Of a stretch of 43,128 nucleotides of DNA, positions 35,185 through 43,128 are shown in pieces (positions within the stretch are counted from its first letter, which is position 1; each line of letters begins with the position of its first letter). The position numbers and the translations under genes were made by a program. The notes under the pieces were generated by a model. That model was not told where the DNA came from and did no database searches. It saw only the letters and a program-made list of their open reading frames with translations. The stretch is from a virus. Its lineage: Duplodnaviria > Caudoviricetes. The stretch is taken from positions 1 to 43,128 of IMG/VR virus record IMGVR_UViG_3300020042_002426, one strand, 5' to 3'.

Positions 35185-36943
35185 GGGACCAGGTGGAGTA
35201 CGCGGAGATGGTTATATTGTTGGATTTTCAGTTGCTACGGATGACGGCTTTGCTGAGTACTATCCAGTGCGCCATGCAGCAGGCGGGAATCTTAACCCTG
35301 ATAACGCATTTGCTTGGTTACGTGATATGCTGAAGACAGACATCCCAAAGATAGGAGCCAACATCCCATACGATTTGGAATGGCTGCTTACTGAAGGCGT
35401 CATCGTTGGAGGTCCTAAGTACGACGTACAGATTGCAGAACCGCTGCTTGATGAGGATCGCATCACCTACAAGCTTGATGCTTTGGCGCAGGCCTATCTT
35501 GGCGAGTCTAAGGACGAGACTGAATTGATTGCAGCAGCCGTCAGGCGTGGCATTCATCCTGGCAAGGTTAAGGAAAACCTCTGGCAGTTTCATGCCGGCG
35601 AAGTTGCGCCTTATGGACGCAAGGACGCAGACCTGCCCATTCGCATCTTTACCCAACAAGAAGTCTTGCTGCACGACGAGAAGCTGTGGGAAGTCTTTGA
35701 GATGGAGACGCAGCTAGTTGACGTCATCGTGGCCATGCGCCAAAAGGGGGTGCCAATCGACTTAGATCGTGCCCACAAGGTCAAGGCGCAACTACTTGAG
35801 GAGCAAGGCAAGCTGACGGAGCAGCTCAAGAAGGTTGCAGAGCGGGATGTAGACATCTGGTCTGGTGACGATATACAGGCAGCCAGTGACGCATTGAAGC
35901 TGGATTACCCAAAGACTGAAAAGGGGAATGCTAGTTTTCCCAGTGAGTTTCTTGAAGCTAGTGAACATGAATTTTTCTCCTTAATTTCGAAGGTCCGGAA
36001 GCTTGACCGGGCCGGTGGAGTATTTATCGATAGCAAGATCATTCAGATGGAAAAAGATGGCAAAATTTACCCGACCTTTAGACAAGTCCGCGACGACCGA
36101 GGTGGCACAAAGTCTGGACGCTTTGCATCGGCTAATCCAAACATGCAACAGGTTCCAGCTAGGGATCCAGTTTTGGCTCCTCTCATCAGAAGCATCTTTG
36201 TACCTGAAGCGGGTTGCCAATGGGGTGTCTTCGACTACTCGCAGCAAGAGCCTCGTGTTACGGTGCATTACAGCTATTTCCGCAGCTTTCCTGGTGCTGA
36301 GACTGCGCGTAACCGCTACCTTGATGATCCCGATACTGACTACCATCAACTCGTCGCTGATATGGCTGGGATCACGCGTAAGAACGCGAAGACCTTGAAT
36401 CTAGGACTTGCCTACGGTATGGGTGCTGCCAAGGCTGCTACTCAACTGGGCCTGCCCCCAGCAGAAGCCAAGCGAGTCTACGAGCAGTATCACGAGAACG
36501 TGCCCTTCATTAAGGCGCTTGGCGAAGAATGCACGCGCATTGCTACTAACAGGGGCTACGTCAAGACGTTCTTAGGCAGACGCAGACGGTTCCAGTTGTT
36601 TGGACCGCCTAAGTACACGCCTGGCCTGATCCCATTGAAGAAGGATCTGGCAGAAGAAAAGTACGGCCTGCCGTTGAAGCGTTACTTTGTCCATAAGGCA
36701 ATGAATGCGGTCATCCAGGGGTCATCGGCTGACATGGTCAAGATGGCCATGATTAACTTGTTTAAAAAAGGCGAGGTTCCACATCTGACTATTCACGATG
36801 AATTGGACTTCAGTGTACGTGACTTGGATCATGCCCGCATGATTCGACAGGAGATGTTGACATGCGTGGACTTAGTAGTGCCATTAAAAGTAGACTGCGA
36901 GCTTGGGCCCAGCTGGGGAGAAGCGGTCGAGGTGAAGCTATGA
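35081..36943 (+). CDS. polA: family A DNA polymerase with 3'-5' exonuclease
   Basis: IDCET (ExoI), N..YD, SGRFAS.NPNMQQ, DYSQQEPR (A), KTLNLGLAYG (B), IHDEL (C). Confidence 0.95.
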   Translation: MDASSYQPPKHFPNLLLAKRIAIDCETRDPNLMTKGPGGVRGDGYIVGFSVATDDGFAEYYPVRHAAGGNLNPDNAFAWLRDMLKTDIPKIGANIPYDLEWLLTEGVIVGGPKYDVQIAEPLLDEDRITYKLDALAQAYLGESKDETELIAAAVRRGIHPGKVKENLWQFHAGEVAPYGRKDADLPIRIFTQQEVLLHDEKLWEVFEMETQLVDVIVAMRQKGVPIDLDRAHKVKAQLLEEQGKLTEQLKKVAERDVDIWSGDDIQAASDALKLDYPKTEKGNASFPSEFLEASEHEFFSLISKVRKLDRAGGVFIDSKIIQMEKDGKIYPTFRQVRDDRGGTKSGRFASANPNMQQVPARDPVLAPLIRSIFVPEAGCQWGVFDYSQQEPRVTVHYSYFRSFPGAETARNRYLDDPDTDYHQLVADMAGITRKNAKTLNLGLAYGMGAAKAATQLGLPPAEAKRVYEQYHENVPFIKALGEECTRIATNRGYVKTFLGRRRRFQLFGPPKYTPGLIPLKKDLAEEKYGLPLKRYFVHKAMNAVIQGSSADMVKMAMINLFKKGEVPHLTIHDELDFSVRDLDHARMIRQEMLTCVDLVVPLKVDCELGPSWGEAVEVKL

Positions 36944-37347
36944 AAGAGAGCCAATTTTGGGCGCTTGTCAAAGGCAAGCTGCCAGGTCATGTGGAACGTG
37001 TGGAAAACGCCTTAACTAGGGGAACGCCTGACGTAAACATGTGCCACGAAGCCACAGAGCTATGGTTAGAGCTCAAGATTTTAGATGTCAAGGGTAGCTG
37101 TCAGCTTAGGCCAGAACAGGTCCTCTGGCATCGTAAGAGGCAAGAGCACGCAGGACGCGTGTTTGTGCTGGCTAGGAATGAAGAGACGCTCAAGATCCTC
37201 CAAGTCCAGCGTGACATGGAGCTGTTTGAGATTTGGGCTTGCACTAAGCCTTTTGACTGGAATAACATGAATGAATTGCTTTTTAATGTGCCACCTTTTT
37301 GCACGGAATACACAGTCCGTCATTTGCAGTATGGAGGAAAACAATGA
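36940..37347 (+). CDS. PD-(D/E)xK nuclease (VRR-NUC / Holliday junction resolvase-like)
   Basis: ATGA overlap; RVEN..GTPDV..WLELK..LRPEQ..W. Confidence 0.75.
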   Translation: MKESQFWALVKGKLPGHVERVENALTRGTPDVNMCHEATELWLELKILDVKGSCQLRPEQVLWHRKRQEHAGRVFVLARNEETLKILQVQRDMELFEIWACTKPFDWNNMNELLFNVPPFCTEYTVRHLQYGGKQ

Positions 37348-37661
37348 CCGTCTATGTCGTACAAGATTCACCGAAGTTTAACCTGCTGCCAGCTGCAGAG
37401 TATGGTGACCTTCAAACGTTGCTGCCACCAGGTCAAGTGATGCTGGCTACCTCGCCAACCATTCGTGTCTTGCGTGAGAAGCTTCGTAGTTTTTCGGACA
37501 GCGATTTTCTACTGGCTATTGGTGACCCCATTGCCATTGGTATGTCCGTCGCAATTGCTGCTGGCTTCAATAGCGGCAAGATCAAGATGCTCAAATGGGA
37601 TCGCCAGGAGCATCGTTACTACGCCCTCGAGGCAGACCTTACAGGAGCAAAAAATGCTTGA
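37344..37661 (+). CDS. conserved hypothetical protein
   Basis: GGAGG RBS; VYVVQ, DFLLAIGDP, LKWDRQ..Y. Confidence 0.65.
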   Translation: MTVYVVQDSPKFNLLPAAEYGDLQTLLPPGQVMLATSPTIRVLREKLRSFSDSDFLLAIGDPIAIGMSVAIAAGFNSGKIKMLKWDRQEHRYYALEADLTGAKNA

Positions 37662-38202
37662 AGAAGAAATGATGGCTGACAGTCAGATGCCAACTGACCA
37701 AGGTCTTGGCAAGATCAGTACCCTTGCAGAACGGTACACAGACCTTGATGAGGAGATTAAAGAAGCGGAGACGCGACTGAAGATCTTGAAGGAACAGGCT
37801 CGGGAGATTGCTGAAAGGCAGTTGCCAGAAGCTATGGCGGAGATAGGTGTAGCTAAGTTCACCCTGACAGACGGAAGTGAAGTGACTGTCAAGCCTTACT
37901 ACAGCGCCAAGATCAGTGACGAGAAACGCGAGGAGTGCTTTGGCTGGTTGGAAGACCATGGCCACGAGGCGCTGATAAAAGACGAGGTCGTACTGACATT
38001 TAATCGCGGTGAGCACGAGAAAGCTGAAGAGTTCAAAGCAAAGCTGGATGAGCAAGGCTTAGATTATTCTGGCAAGATGGGTGTTCATCCTCAGACTTTG
38101 ACAGCATTCGTCAAAGAGCAAGTGGAAAGTGGTGCCGAATTTCCCCTTGAACTTTTCAACGTGTACATCGGCCAAATTGCTAAAGTTAAAAGGAGCAAAT
38201 GA
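37654..38202 (+). CDS. replication-module protein (coiled coil + VHPQTL motif)
   Basis: AGGAG RBS before ATG 37654; WLEDHGH.ALIK, VHPQTL.AFVKE. Confidence 0.7.
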   Translation: MLEEEMMADSQMPTDQGLGKISTLAERYTDLDEEIKEAETRLKILKEQAREIAERQLPEAMAEIGVAKFTLTDGSEVTVKPYYSAKISDEKREECFGWLEDHGHEALIKDEVVLTFNRGEHEKAEEFKAKLDEQGLDYSGKMGVHPQTLTAFVKEQVESGAEFPLELFNVYIGQIAKVKRSK

Positions 38203-38969
38203 TGGTAAAGAAAACTGAAGTGGCTGTAACTAAGCCAACTGCCATAACGGCATTCGCAAACGACATGATGGCTGATGCCGGTCTTGGTTTTGAGAACGTC
38301 TCGGCAAACGATGTTGCTATTCCGTACCTCAAGGTGCTGCAGGCCTTATCGCCTGAACTTCGCGGAGTCACCAAAGTTGCTGGGGCTGAAGAGGGTTTGA
38401 TCATCAATACCGTCACAGGTATCTTGATGAAAGAAGTCCGCGTCATTCCTTGCGCATTCAAGAAGAGCTACGTTGAGTGGACTCCTCGTGAAGCTGGCGG
38501 CGGCTTAGTGAAGGAGCACACCGAGGAAAGAATCCTTGAAAAGACAAAGAAGAACGAGCGCAATCAAGACGTGTTGGCCAACGGCAACTTGATTGTCACT
38601 ACTGCTTACCACTACGTGCTGGTGTTGTCAGACGGCGGTTTTGAACGTGCCCTGATCGCAATGTCATCAACACAACTGAAGAAGTCACGTCGCTGGCTTG
38701 GTCAGATGATGGCGCTGCAAGTCAAGGTTGGCGATAAGTCATTTACGCCTCCACCGTTTAGCCATAGCTACCACTTAGGTACTGGCATGGAGACTAAGGA
38801 TGCAAACAGCTGGTATGGTTGGTTGATCAACGATCCGTCGATGGTGCAAGACAAAGGCGTCTACGAGGCAGCCAAGAAGTTTGGTGCAGACGTAACTGCT
38901 GGCTTGGTGAAGGTTGCTGAGCCGCCTGCTGAGGGTGTTCCTGCTGGTGAAGATGATGTCCCTTATTAA
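38199..38969 (+). CDS. putative single-stranded DNA-binding protein
   Basis: IPYLKVLQALSP, MSSTQLKKSRRW; acidic C-terminal tail EDDVPY. Confidence 0.65.
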   Translation: MMVKKTEVAVTKPTAITAFANDMMADAGLGFENVSANDVAIPYLKVLQALSPELRGVTKVAGAEEGLIINTVTGILMKEVRVIPCAFKKSYVEWTPREAGGGLVKEHTEERILEKTKKNERNQDVLANGNLIVTTAYHYVLVLSDGGFERALIAMSSTQLKKSRRWLGQMMALQVKVGDKSFTPPPFSHSYHLGTGMETKDANSWYGWLINDPSMVQDKGVYEAAKKFGADVTAGLVKVAEPPAEGVPAGEDDVPY

Positions 38970-39186
38970 GGACATCTTTCCTATGCTAGGTGCTGACATG
39001 GGTAAGTCTGATGGTCGCAATCCATCAGTTACCAAGAAGGGACCTGGACGCAAGCCTGTTGACGGACATAAGAAGGGCAAAGCTAAACGCAGCGCCTTTC
39101 AGAAGGCACAGGCCAAAGTCAAGGTTGCAGCACAGACAGCCAACGTGACTAACACTCCGTTGAAGGCAGCCGCCAGAGGCAGTTAA
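38953..39186 (+). CDS. small basic hypothetical protein
   Basis: Lys/Arg-rich, TKKGPGRK; fills the gap before a hairpin; start uncertain. Confidence 0.45.
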   Translation: MMSLIKDIFPMLGADMGKSDGRNPSVTKKGPGRKPVDGHKKGKAKRSAFQKAQAKVKVAAQTANVTNTPLKAAARGS

Positions 39187-39192
39187 GTGTAT

Positions 39193-39212
39193 GGGGCGGC
39201 TTCGGCCGCTCC
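39193..39212 (+). terminator. GC hairpin with UUCG loop
   Basis: GGGGCGGC-TTCG-GCCGCTCC upstream of the primase start. Confidence 0.5.
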
Positions 39213-39238
39213 CTCTATCAACCAAACGAGAAAGAATT

Positions 39239-40762
39239 ATGCTTGCACAAAGATTCATGGAGCTATTCTCCGGGCACACCAGTGCTTACGGGACCTATGA
39301 CATCGATGGCAAGAATACCGGCCTAAAGGTGCAGGGAACAGCCGTCACTAAACGAGCAGCAGTCATAGAGCCGCTTTGGGATGGTCACCTTGCAGGAACA
39401 AAGGGGATCGGTATTGTGCCAATCAGAGAGGACAACACATGCCTCTTTGGTGCGATTGACATTGACGAATACAAGAATTTTGACTTGAAAGAAGCCGTTG
39501 AAGCTTGCGCTAAGGCCAAAGCACCAGTCGCCGTATGCCGTAGCAAGTCAGGAGGCGCGCACATCTACATGTTTTTCAGCGAGCCGATACCGGCAGCTGA
39601 TGTCAAACGAAAGCTAGGAGAGTTGGCCAGCGTGATTGGTCATCCTAATTGCGAGATATTCCCTAAACAAGATCAAGTGTTGTCTGAACGCGGCGACGTC
39701 GGCAACTGGATCAACATGCCTTACTTTGAAGGCGACAGGACATCGAGATACGGGGTTGCTGAAAACGGCAGCCCAATGAAGATCGAAGACTTCCTCACCT
39801 TTGCTGAAGGGTTAAAGCTCACAAGGGCTAACTTTGTGCGGCTTAAGTTTGCAGAAGCCAAGAGCAAAAAGCGAGCATACAAGGACGCACCTCCATGCCT
39901 TGAGAAGCTAGCACAGACCGGCTTCCCTGAAGGTACACGCAACAACGGCTTGTTTAACCTATGCGTCTTGGCTCGCAAGATGAAGCCAGACGACTGGCAG
40001 CCATTGGTCATGCAGATGAACATTGACATCATGGATCCACCGCTGCCTGAATCAGAAGCCATGGGTGTCATCCAGTCTATGCAGAACAGCGACTATCAAT
40101 ATACGTGCAGTAGGCCACCTCTTCGACCTAACTGCAACGCAGGACTGTGCCGCATGCGGAAGTTTGGCGTGGGCCAGCAGTCAGGGGCTCCTCGTCTATC
40201 ATCACTCAGCAAGTACAACACGGAACCTCCCATCTGGTTTCTTGACATGGACAACGGCATGCGCTTGTCACTGTCTACAGAGGACCTACAGAATCAGGCA
40301 GGCTTCCAGAAGCGATGCATGGAGGCTATGAATTACATGCCGCCAAAGATGAACCTAATGCAGTGGAACCAGATGATACAGGCGTTGCTGCAAGACGTGG
40401 TCATCATTGAGGCTCCTGAAGACGCCAGTCCCAAGGGCCAGTTCGTAGACCTTTTAGAACGCTATTGCACAGGCAAGGCACAAGCTAAGCATCTTGATGA
40501 GATACTACTGGGCAAACCGTTCCATGACCGTGATGACAACCGCCACCTGTTTCGTTTAGCGGACTTTATTAACTTCCTAGACAAACAGAAGTTCAAGGAG
40601 TTTAAGCTGAATCAGATAAGCAGAGCCATCCGCGATTATGGCGGCGAGACGCACACATATAAGCTGAATGGCAAGCGAGCTACCGTCTGGTCTGTGCCTG
40701 CGTTCTCCTTCCAAGACAAAGGCCATCAGACACCGGACTTCAGCAGTGGCAACCTTATCTAA
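39239..40762 (+). CDS. AEP-type primase/primase-polymerase with PriCT-like domain
   Basis: GAIDID, RSKSGGAH, EIFPKQ, GNWINMPY, PPCL, EGTRNN. Confidence 0.8.
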   Translation: MLAQRFMELFSGHTSAYGTYDIDGKNTGLKVQGTAVTKRAAVIEPLWDGHLAGTKGIGIVPIREDNTCLFGAIDIDEYKNFDLKEAVEACAKAKAPVAVCRSKSGGAHIYMFFSEPIPAADVKRKLGELASVIGHPNCEIFPKQDQVLSERGDVGNWINMPYFEGDRTSRYGVAENGSPMKIEDFLTFAEGLKLTRANFVRLKFAEAKSKKRAYKDAPPCLEKLAQTGFPEGTRNNGLFNLCVLARKMKPDDWQPLVMQMNIDIMDPPLPESEAMGVIQSMQNSDYQYTCSRPPLRPNCNAGLCRMRKFGVGQQSGAPRLSSLSKYNTEPPIWFLDMDNGMRLSLSTEDLQNQAGFQKRCMEAMNYMPPKMNLMQWNQMIQALLQDVVIIEAPEDASPKGQFVDLLERYCTGKAQAKHLDEILLGKPFHDRDDNRHLFRLADFINFLDKQKFKEFKLNQISRAIRDYGGETHTYKLNGKRATVWSVPAFSFQDKGHQTPDFSSGNLI

Positions 40763-42254
40763 ACCCAACATCATTCTCGGTCCGCCAGGAACCGGCAAGA
40801 CCACGACCCTCATGAACATCGTCGAGTCTTTGCTGGAGAAGGGCGTCAAGCCTGATGAGATTGGCTTTATTAGCTTTACCAAGAAGGCCACTACAGAAGC
40901 CAGGGACAAGGCAAGGTCCAGGTTTGGCTTTGATGCTGATGCCATGCCGTTCTTCCGTACGATTCATAGCTTGGCGTTTAGGCAGCTAGGGCTTAGCAGG
41001 CAGCAGGTCATGCAATACAGTCACTACTTGGAACTTTGCAATGAGCTGGGTGTTGAGATCACTGGCACGGGCACCGGTGAAGATGGCACCTTGCTTGGCA
41101 TGTCGCAAGGAGACAAGCTTCGCTTTGTGGAAGGCATGGCTAGGATCAGGTGCATACCACTCAAGCAGCAGTGGGAAGAATTAAATGACGATGAGCTTAG
41201 CTGGTTTGAACTAGAGCAGTACTCAAAGGCATTAAAAGAATACAAAGAGAACTCAGGCCTGATCGACTATACAGACATGCTTGAGTTGATGCGGTCAGAA
41301 GGCTTTGTACCTAAATTAAAGGCGCTGCTAGTAGACGAGGCGCAAGACCTGTCAAAGCTGCAATGGCAGGTGGTTAAACGAATGATGGAGAAGGCTGATG
41401 AGACTTATATTGCTGGAGATGATGATCAAGCAATCTTTCGTTGGGCAGGAGCTGACATCGATTATTTCATCGCCTTGGATGGGAATGTGCGCGTTCTTGA
41501 CCAGTCCTATCGAATACCGGCGGTTGTGCACGACCTCAGCTTTGACATCATTAGATCGGTCACTAGAAGGCGAGAAAAGATTTTCAAACCTGCTGCGCAC
41601 CAAGGATCCATTAACTACCACAACGACATAGAACACGTTGACATGAGCCAAGGGACATGGCTGCTTCTTGCTAGGAATGTCTACATGCTCAGGGAATTGG
41701 TTGACTTATGCCATCGTGAGGGCTATGCCTACGAGTGTCAAGGATTCTCACCTCGTAAGTCTGAGGCACTGTTAGCCATAAGGGCCTGGGAGAAGCTACG
41801 CAAAGGTGAGTACATTGCCGCCAGTCAGCTGAAGCTGGTCTACGCGCACATGTCAAAGCGGATGGTGGACCATGGTCACTTGTCCCTGAAGACCCTGACA
41901 GAAGACATGATCAACATGGACATGCTGCACGAGAAGTATGGGCTGCAGACCAAGGCCATCTGGCACGTGGCTCTTGACCGCATTAGCGACGAGGAGAAGG
42001 AATATTTTCTCTCGGCATTAAGACAAGGGGAAGCATTGAGCGGCGAACCCCGCATCATGATCAGCACGATCCATGGCAGCAAGGGCGGCGAGGCAGACAA
42101 CGTGCTGCTGATCACGGACCTCAGCCCCAAGACCTATGACGGATACCAAGCGAATCAAGACGATGAACTACGCGTGTTTTACGTAGCAGCCACCAGGACC
42201 AAGAAGAATCTACACATCATTACACCACGCACGCAAAGGTACTTTGACCTATGA
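40746..42254 (+). CDS. UvrD/Rep-like superfamily 1 helicase (start uncertain)
   Basis: GPPGTGKT, SFTKKA, TIHSL, VDEAQDLS, GDDDQAIF, QSYR, STIHGSKGGE, YVAATR. Confidence 0.9.
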   Translation: MATLSKPNIILGPPGTGKTTTLMNIVESLLEKGVKPDEIGFISFTKKATTEARDKARSRFGFDADAMPFFRTIHSLAFRQLGLSRQQVMQYSHYLELCNELGVEITGTGTGEDGTLLGMSQGDKLRFVEGMARIRCIPLKQQWEELNDDELSWFELEQYSKALKEYKENSGLIDYTDMLELMRSEGFVPKLKALLVDEAQDLSKLQWQVVKRMMEKADETYIAGDDDQAIFRWAGADIDYFIALDGNVRVLDQSYRIPAVVHDLSFDIIRSVTRRREKIFKPAAHQGSINYHNDIEHVDMSQGTWLLLARNVYMLRELVDLCHREGYAYECQGFSPRKSEALLAIRAWEKLRKGEYIAASQLKLVYAHMSKRMVDHGHLSLKTLTEDMINMDMLHEKYGLQTKAIWHVALDRISDEEKEYFLSALRQGEALSGEPRIMISTIHGSKGGEADNVLLITDLSPKTYDGYQANQDDELRVFYVAATRTKKNLHIITPRTQRYFDL

Positions 42255-43128
42255 TTGACTACAAATACAAGACCAAGCCGTTTGACCATCAAGACGCAGA
42301 CTTCATGCTCAGCAGGGACATGGACGAATACGCGCTGTTTTGGGAGATGGGCCTTGGCAAGTCTAAGACCACGGTCGACACGGCTGCATGGTTGTATGCG
42401 ACAGGCAAGATCAATGCCGTGTTTATCCTAGGCAACAAGGGTTCCTACCGCAATTGGGTGACCAAGGAGCTACCAGAACACATGCCAGACTACATCGATT
42501 GGGTCGGTACGTATTGGGACTCATCGGCCAACACGGAACTCAAGAAGAGCTACGACCTGCTGCTGACACCCATGGAACCCCTGAAGATCTTCGTCATGAA
42601 CATCGAGGCACTGGCCTTTGACCGCAGCTACAAGACGGCTGATTCATTTGTCAACTGCCACAATACGCTGATGGTGATTGACGAATCCACAACCATTAAG
42701 AACAGGGACGCTAAGCGCACGAAGGCAGCGGTTAAGATAGGACGCAAGGCGGATTACAGGCGGATCCTGACGGGGTCCCCGGTGACTAATAATCCGTTGG
42801 ATCTGTTCAGTCAGGCCTGGTTCCTCAACCCGCACTTGCTGGGCTGCACCAGCTACTACACATTCAGGGCAAAGTATGCAGAGATGGTCAAGATCACCGC
42901 AGGCAACAGGGCGTTCACTAAAGTCAAGGGCTTCAAGAATCTCGATGAACTCACCCGTTCGATTCAAAGCTGGTCTTCACGCCGCACCAAACTTGAGTGT
43001 TTGGACTTACCCGAGAAGATCTACCAATACTACGAGGTGGAGCTTACGGACGACCAGAAGAAACACTACAAGTCACTTCGCGAGAAGGCTATGGCTGAAC
43101 TGGAAGGCCAACTGGTCTCGGCACCGAT
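42251..43128 (+). CDS. SNF2-family helicase, truncated by window end (absent from ORF track)
   Basis: MIDYKYKTKPFDHQ...EMGLGKS, IDESTTIKN, ILTGSPVTNNPLDLFSQ; frame stays open to the end. Confidence 0.9.
   Translation, partial: MIDYKYKTKPFDHQDADFMLSRDMDEYALFWEMGLGKSKTTVDTAAWLYATGKINAVFILGNKGSYRNWVTKELPEHMPDYIDWVGTYWDSSANTELKKSYDLLLTPMEPLKIFVMNIEALAFDRSYKTADSFVNCHNTLMVIDESTTIKNRDAKRTKAAVKIGRKADYRRILTGSPVTNNPLDLFSQAWFLNPHLLGCTSYYTFRAKYAEMVKITAGNRAFTKVKGFKNLDELTRSIQSWSSRRTKLECLDLPEKIYQYYEVELTDDQKKHYKSLREKAMAELEGQLVSAP

Noticed and set aside
1176-40745. Longest-ORF start positions in the track (1176, 1694, 17337, 24901, 31635, 33881, 34624, 36862, 37299, 37465, 39191, 40668)
   Set aside because: Downstream starts have better RBS or stop-start coupling; the extensions overlap upstream genes or hairpins
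1-43128. Numerous minus-strand and alternate-frame ORFs in the track (e.g. 23078-23722, 13652-14221, 2169-2693, 34697-34945)
   Set aside because: All are shadows of well-supported, coupled + strand genes and lack recognisable motifs

Overview
The whole 43 kb window is one fragment of a tailed dsDNA phage, most likely podovirus-like because it has ejection proteins and no tail tube, sheath or tape-measure gene. All credible genes lie on the + strand and are tightly coupled. Positions 1-30336 are the late module: capsid-associated proteins, small Lys-rich proteins, adaptor, several tail fibres (one with an S74 chaperone), holin and M15 endolysin, nozzle, an acyl-carrier-like protein and four large internal-virion/ejection proteins. 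A 300-bp non-coding switch region holds a long imperfect inverted repeat. Positions 30636-43128 are the early/replication module: DUF932, SAM methyltransferase, MazG-like NTP pyrophosphatase, kinase-UDG fusion, Asp-type thymidylate-synthase homologue, dCMP deaminase, PolA, nuclease, SSB, primase, UvrD-like and SNF2 helicases. Terminase, portal and major capsid genes are not recognisable here. Two candidate novel systems stand out. (1) A recurrent [FYMKL]-[AKEQ]-x-G-G peptide motif is shared by six late-module proteins and sits at domain boundaries of polyprotein-like ejection proteins that carry ADP-ribosyltransferase-like cargo, suggesting a cleavage or packaging tag. (2) A cytosine-directed base-modification cluster includes an extra small-molecule methyltransferase and a kinase-UDG fusion. 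Functional calls come from motif reading only; no database searches were run.
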